Positions 45,674 to 52,093 of a DNA stretch of 52,093 nt are shown here, piece after piece. Origin of the DNA: Ministeria vibrans ATCC 50519. Its lineage: Eukaryota; Protista; Filasterea. Both the position numbers and the translations under genes were made by a program. The stretch is taken from contig CALSCP010001345.1 in assembly GCA_943704425.1 (NCBI GenBank), forward strand, positions 1 through 52,093. Reading direction: 5' to 3'. Under the pieces are notes generated by a model. It worked only from the letters and a program-made list of their open reading frames with translations, had not been told where the DNA came from and made no database searches. Each line of letters starts with the position of its first letter. Within the stretch, counting starts at the first letter, position 1.

Positions 45674-48673
45674 TCACGTCTTGCTCTTTGCTTGGGGCAC
45701 AGGCACGCTGAGAAGGGCGCAGAGGGCGTTGCGCTGCGAGCGCACGTGAGCCAGGTCGGAATCCCACTCGACGTCGCTCAGAAGCGCCATGGCCTCGTCC
45801 AACGTTCCTTCGTCGTCCACCGCCTCACTGTACGTCAGCAGCCCCACGTACAGCTGCTCACCCGTCAGTTTGCGCACTCGTGGGAATCGATGACACAACA
45901 GGACCATCAACGACGAAAACGCACGCACACGCACCGAGTCAAACGCAAGCAACCCACAATATCTACAACAACAACAACCCAACCTGGTGGGGCACGGGAG
46001 CATGAAAGGCAGCGGGCAGCGAAAGGGTATGGGCGCNNNNNNNNNNAAAAAAAAAAAAAAAAAAACCTCAGTTCAACGCAAATACAACTGTGTCGACAAG
46101 CAAACAGAGAAAGCACAACGCACCAAAACGAAACAAACAAACAAACAAACAAACAAACAAACAAACAAACAAACAAACAAACAAACAAACAAACAAACAA
46201 ACAAACAAACAAACACAAACAAACAAACACAAACAAACAAACAAACAAACAAACAAACATACACATTCACTGCGGCCGACAGACGATGTACATCACCCGA
46301 CTGAGCCACACTGGCGCGCGTCCCAACCAACACTCGCTCCGCCACATCGTCACGCTCGTGCATCGCCTCCAATGCCCCTTCCGCCAACAGCCGATCCAGT
46401 GTCTTCAGCGCAGGTACAATGAAGCGGCCTACAATCACCACGATAAAAAAAAATCAAAACATTCACCCTCACACAAGAACACGCGTTACCCTCATGCTCA
46501 CGAATGGCAAGCACACCCAAGAGCGAGTCAACAAGCAGCGGACAGATGGTGGGTGAGTCGCGGAAGAAGGCGACGCAGGCTGTGCCCGCTGAGCGCACAA
46601 GAGACTCGGTGAGCCCTCCGACACTGGCGACCAGACCCCGCATCGCCCCATCGCCCACCGCCCGCTCCTCCACCGCAATCACGCGCGCCAGTGCGGGAAA
46701 TGTCGTGCTGGCCACAGACCAGTTGGTTTCCGCCGACAGCCCATACCTACCAAAACAATACAAAAAAGTAACATTATAAATTAATGCTTCTCTTTGCAAG
46801 TCGTACTCTTGAAAGAGCGCCTCAAAAGTGGACCGACAAGGAAAATGAGGAATCACAGGATCACACGAGTCCAATAGTGCACATAATGCTCGTCCTACGG
46901 AATTTGAACTTAATATGTTGTGTTGTTTGCCCCATTCGTTTTCAATGCACACCTGCACACATTCGTGTCCGGTCAATGCGCTCCAGCGCCTGTTGAACTA
47001 TCGCTGAGACAACTTCGGTCACAGTGGAGGCCGACAATGCATCGGGAGCGGCGGTCGCACGCAATCGTACAATGCCAACGAGTGCGTCGAGCGCCGCCTC
47101 GCGTACCAGCGAGCCAATGTCACCCCGACGGTCCGTCGCGTAGTCTTGTGTGCATTCCAGCAGTGCATTGCAGATGCGATTTATCAGGTCTGTGTCGCCT
47201 GCCAGGTTTATTTTGGTCTCCTCCTGCACCGTGCTCACCAGTGCTCCAAGGGCATGCGCCGCCACCGCACGCGACTCGGGGTCGCGATTGGTTGCACACA
47301 CGCTTGCTGCAAGTAGCGCATCCAGTAGAGGTATGTGAACAGTCGAGGCGACGGTGCCTGGCAGTCGACCGAGCGCAAGAACAAGACCGCGTCGCATGTC
47401 GGGAGTGCCCGACACGAGCGACGCGTGAAGCGCATGAATGAGCGGGTGCAGCACCACCGTCGCAAGAGTGTCCGTATCACGCGCTACAAGTACAAGCGCG
47501 CGCAGTGCATCTGCAGCCGCATCCTGAACAGTGTGCTCGGAAAAACGCACACACGAGTCGACCACAGCAAACACTTGAGTGAAGCCCTCCGGAGCGCACA
47601 CCACCCTCGCCAGAGCACCGCCGGTCGCCGTGTCGCTCATAATTGCCTCACACAAACACTCTACTAGACCCATGGTGGCGGTGCGTGTCACCTCGCCCCC
47701 CGCGCCACGAAACCGCTTCGACGCCATCGCTTGCACAATGCCCAGTAGCTCACTGACAAGGGCACATTCAAGCGCATCGGCACGCACAAGCTCTATTAGG
47801 CACGCACTTAGTGTCAAAAGCGCCCCGTGACGTGCAAACAACTGCGCATCGTGGCACTGGCGCGTCAGCAAAGGAATCACTTCGTCAAGAAAATGGTCAG
47901 GAGCAAGAGCGAAGAGACGCGCAAGCGACCGCGCGGCCAGGGAGCGCACAGCAACGTCCCAGTGCACCGTTTTGGTGTCAACAATGTGATCAACAATGGC
48001 AAGCGTGTACTCGTCAAAGCTGGCAACGAGCAGGGCGACGTCGACAAATGCATGAGCGCGCGCCCCAACTGCATGGAAATCGCACCCTTGCACAATGTCA
48101 ATGCCGTGCGGAAAGTTGCCTTGGCGACCAACGCACTCCTGGAAGGCAGCGGCCGCCGCTCGTCGACAGTTCACCTCGCGGTCTGTCGTCGCCGCCTGCA
48201 AAAGGGCACACGCCAGCGGTGACACATACGGAGACATTGTCTCGGCCGCGTAGGCACGTGCAAAGGCCCAGCACACATAACATGCGGCGTCACGCACATG
48301 ACTTCCAATGCTGTGACTGCCAACCCGACGATCGTAGTGTAGGGCACGTTGCACACGCATTACCGTTGTCTGTAGACGCGTCGGAAGCAGTAGCCCTCGT
48401 CGCGCCAGCTCGCCCAAACACAGACAAGCACCGTGCCATGCACCGGCCAGCTCAGAGTCCGACAACAACTCAATGACATACTGTACCACATCGTCCGCCT
48501 GCTCCAGCGACAACCGCCCCGTCACCCGCCCAATGCCTTTAGCAGCACTCCATCGCACCACAGTGTCTACATCGGCAAGACCCTCAAGTAACTCTCCCAC
48601 AATCGACTCCACCTCCACCGGCACATCGTCCTCTTCCTCCTCCCCATCGTCCTGTTGTTGTTGCCATTGTTGA

Positions 48674-48704
<31 letters not shown>

Positions 48705-49669
48705 CCTGTTGATTCTCCTCTCCTTGTTGGTGTGCCACAAGAGAACGACGTAAGTTGTCCGAGAGCGAACGGTTGCCACGTCTGTAGCGCCACTTGGCAA
48801 CGCGAGGTGGCAGAAAGGTCAACGCAACACGCTGCAACAGTTTCACCTTGAGCTTGCGCAGTACCGTGTACTGACTGCTCTCCAGCACGACACACACCCC
48901 AACTGCATCAAGTATTTGTGTGCACAAAGGTTGCAACATATCGCGTCGACCATGCTTGAAAATGGTCGTGATCGCCAGCAGTGTCCCCATGAGCCGGAAT
49001 GCGACCGGGACACTCGGGCACGCGACACTTCCCGCCTGCACAAGCCAGGCACATGCCGAGTCAATCCACGCTGGCAAGGCTGTCTTGGCCATATCCTCAC
49101 GAGTCAGAAATCGAGCTAATAGAACGGCACTGGCATCGCGTGCGGTGTCTGCCGAGCCCAGCCAGTATGAGGCGAGCGCCACGATGCGCTGAGGTGCGTC
49201 GCTTCCCACCACCTCCATGTTAAAGGGAACGCGTGAGAGCATCGACAGCCACAACAAGAGCACGTAGCGCCCTTCCCAACTACCGTCGGCAGGATAGCGC
49301 TCGGCATACGCCAGCACGGGCACAAGCTGTGCCGGTTCGTGTGGCAACAAGCGCACGACGGCTTTGTAGCCGCGCACTTTGCACGTCAGATACACCAGTC
49401 GAAAGATTCCCTGACGTCCTGTCGTATCCGACGCCACAACCGCTTGCCAGTCGTGCAGCGCCAACGGATCCGCCCTTGCCGCGCTCGGCACGGTGCTGTC
49501 GTCGACGGCGGGCGCCATGACAACCCGCTCCGTCGCCAACTCGGACAGCTCGATCATTTCGCGCACCAACGCTCGCATAAGCGGAGCCAGACACTCATCC
49601 AGGTGTCGATCAATCAGCTGCGGTTGCTCTTGGTACTTGTTGAGGACCGCTGTGGTACAGATCAACCAG

Positions 49670-49703
<34 letters not shown>

Positions 49704-49977
49704 CGTCAAAAACGTTTCGTTGGGCTTGTGCACATTCGACATAAACACACACACACACAGACACACACTCTCCTTTGTCCTCTCCACACCCCCTCCCCCT
49801 TGCTCTCTGCTCACCTGCAATCCGACTGATGGTTGTGCAGTCACGGCGTGCCTCTACAGACGTCTCGCACAGTCGCGTGAACGTCAGAAGTTCCTCCGCC
49901 TCCACAAAATGATCGTACGACTGCACGACCACGTCGAATCGGCCCTTCTCGTTTATTTCCTCGTTTTCTTCTTCCAT
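45674..49977 (-). CDS. TBCD: Tubulin-folding cofactor D, multi-exon
   Basis: YQEQPQLIDRHL, KVRGYK..LPHE, DTVVRWSAAKGIGR, WHGACLCLGELARRGLLLP, VRDAACYVCWAFARAY, DREVNCRRAAAAAFQECVGRQG, DYATDRRGDIGS. Confidence 0.96.
46128..46259. repeat. (AAAC)n tetranucleotide microsatellite in a TBCD intron
   Basis: Seen directly in the sequence. Confidence 0.95.
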
Positions 49978-50174
49978 GGCGCAAGAAAATACAAAAAGGA
50001 GACAAGAGCGAACGGAAAAAAGTGAAAGTGTGTATTAGTAAAATAATCACAAAATAATTGAGTAATAGAAGAAGAAAACACACTTCCTTCATATGGTATT
50101 CATATAGATGATTGTGGGGAAGAAATGGACCCGCACATAATACGTTCTACTATAAAATATCTAAACAGTTCACA

Positions 50175-51237
50175 TTACTCCATCTTATTCTCGAGATCAA
50201 AGACAATCGGCGGTTGAATGGGCCGATAGCGAAAATTACAGGTGGACGCATTGATGTAGGTGGTGTGGCCATCGGAGCGTATACCGTAGCCCTCGTGAAC
50301 GTGGCCCGACACATGCACGGCGGGGCGGACGCGCGTCTGCAGGGTGTGCAACAGATCGACACAGCCGGCACGGTGTCCACCCTGACACTCGTCTCCATAG
50401 CCAACGGGCGGGCCGTGTGTCATGACAATGTCCGAGTCCGTTGGGATTCGCTCCCAGACATCGCGTAGTGCTTTGCCGCGCGGCAGATTGAACGCCCAGT
50501 CGCAGAACTCCGGTTGCCATGGCGAGCCGTAAATATTAATGCCATTGATCGTCGTGCTCTCGTCCTCCAGGTAGGTGCACGCTGTAAGCATTGCCTTTGT
50601 CGCCCGTGCATCGTACGTGACATTAGGATGGAACCGTGGCTTCAGCCGGTCGTAGTTAGCAAGATCAAACGTCAAGTCGTGATTTCCCGCAATCACCACA
50701 ATATGGGCAAATGTTTCTCGCTGTCGTTCCAAAAACGCATTGAACTTCTGTACGCCCGAGGTTTCGCCTGTGTTGGAGAAGTCTCCGGCGTGCTAAGTAA
50801 GCGTAACACACAAACAAACAATGTAAAAATAAAAAATGTTAGAATGACAAAAATGAAAGAGGAGATGGTCAGATCAAGATAGAGCATGCGAGGGTGGCGA
50901 CTGACGAGCGGCGACTGGCGACGCGTGCGCTTCGTCACCCACTGGTTGTTGATCACTCTCAAAACAAACGAAACTACTTGAACTTATTACAATCGTACGA
51001 GAAGAACGTCGCCTTTGGGCAAGACAAGCTGGTCAGTCATGCCATGTGTGTCCGAGATAGCCACAAAGCGAGTGAATCCCTCCTTGCGCGGCGCGTCAAG
51101 CTGTGAAAAAAAGCTCAAAGATGATCAGTCACCGAACCACCACCGCCAAGCCGTCTGGCGCCTCCTACCGCCATGGGCTCGACCTGTGTCACTGTTTGCT
51201 TCACGCGGATGCGTTCCCATTGTTCGCTCACTGACAT
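50175..51237 (-). CDS. Metallophosphoesterase, MPPED1/2 (239AB/FB)-like, 3 exons
   Basis: TRFVAISDTHG, GDVLL|HAGDFS, IAGNHD, YGSPWQP..WAFNLPRG, THGPP, GHVHEGYG. Confidence 0.9.
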
Positions 51238-51373
51238 TGATAAGTAAATGTGTGTGTGTGTATGAAGAAAGATACGTCTGAGCGATTTGATCATAATAAT
51301 AGTGAAAGTTTTATATTCATAATCATTTTTTCCGTCTCTCTTCATCATACACCGCTGCCCTTCAGGTTCTGCG

Positions 51374-51872
51374 ATGCCCCGCAAGCGACACGCTGACGCG
51401 ATCGATGGCGCTGAGGAGACATCAGGTTCTCTTTTTTTTTTTTTCTCTCTCTCTCTCTTTCTGTTTCACTCTCACACTTCTTTCTCCTACCACGGAATCC
51501 CCCGCCTCTCTCCTGTCCTTCCTACGCATGTAGATGCTCTTGAGCCAGCAACCAAGCGGCTCTGCGAACCCCCCAGTGCCCCCACACGTAAGTTTGATGC
51601 GGTTCACGAAACGACCGACCGTCGTGTTTTGTTTTTCGCGCCAAATCCTCCTTTGGCCCTCTTCTGTCGTTTCCAAGCGCCCCTTTTGCCCTGTAGTCCC
51701 CATTCCCCGCACGGTTATCCCGTCCACAGCGACGCTGCTCCCTCGCACGCCCTCCTTCATTGTGTCTTGTCTCGTTCCACAGTGGACCTTAGTGACGACG
51801 AGCTCTCCGCCGACGACGCCGGCCCGTCCACCGCCCCGATCGTTCGCAACCTTGCGTCCAGGGCTGAGTCCG
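51374..51872 (+). CDS. 5' part of an unknown gene (basic NLS-like N-terminus); continues beyond the window
   Basis: MPRKRHADAIDGAEETS|DALEPATKRLCEPPSAPT|... with GT-AG boundaries; last donor GTAAAC at ~51873. Confidence 0.5.
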
Positions 51873-51909
51873 GTAAACGGGGAAACGAGGGAGATTCAGC
51901 TCAATGTTG

Positions 51910-52033
51910 ACTCACACACGCTCACTCACTCACACTCACTCACTCACTCACTTACTGACACTCACTCACTGACACTCACTCACTCACACTCACTGACTCT
52001 CTATCACACACACACACACTCACTGACTCTCTA

Positions 52034-52093
<60 letters not shown>
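51910..52093. repeat. (CTCA)n grading into (CA)n microsatellite
   Basis: Seen directly in the sequence. Confidence 0.95.

Noticed and set aside
1-52093. Non-standard genetic code, stop readthrough or non-canonical introns
   Set aside because: The apparent in-frame stops in conserved genes were resolved by ordinary GT-AG introns; I found no AT-AC or other unusual junctions among those traced.
51910-52093. Telomere at the window end
   Set aside because: It is a (CTCA)/(CA) microsatellite following a splice donor, so intronic rather than a telomeric repeat.

Overview
Gene-dense, intron-rich eukaryotic genomic DNA from a unicellular-type genome (lineage not determinable here; the gene set fits a non-animal holozoan or similar protist). 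The assembly is a draft with N gaps and many simple repeats. All introns I could resolve are GT-AG and the standard code reads cleanly. About 19 genes were reconstructed by hand. Apparently complete: VPS15, TMCO1, RPL10, ASTE1-like PIN nuclease, EMC6 (not recovered as a whole by the ORF track), UTP10/HEATR1, a DUF1647-like protein, a plant-type GT10 alpha-1,3-fucosyltransferase, DERA, a multi-RRM protein, VAT1-like oxidoreductase, HSBP1, a WRN-like RecQ helicase without exonuclease, an EBP/EXPERA protein, TBCD and an MPPED-like phosphoesterase. Two further genes are unknown. Main anomalies: (i) three genes (NOX, POLD1 and a secreted Cys-repeat protein) stop at an intact splice donor followed by a simple-repeat tract, with no continuation in the window; this is either a misjoin or split/trans-spliced genes; (ii) an unidentified, strongly base-paired ~190-nt minus-strand RNA-like element at ~13.34-13.53 kb; (iii) structured segments in RPL10 introns; (iv) a secreted protein built from arrays of symmetric one-repeat exons; (v) a dispersed intron-resident minisatellite; (vi) seven head-to-head gene pairs. 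Family assignments come from remembered motifs, not database searches.
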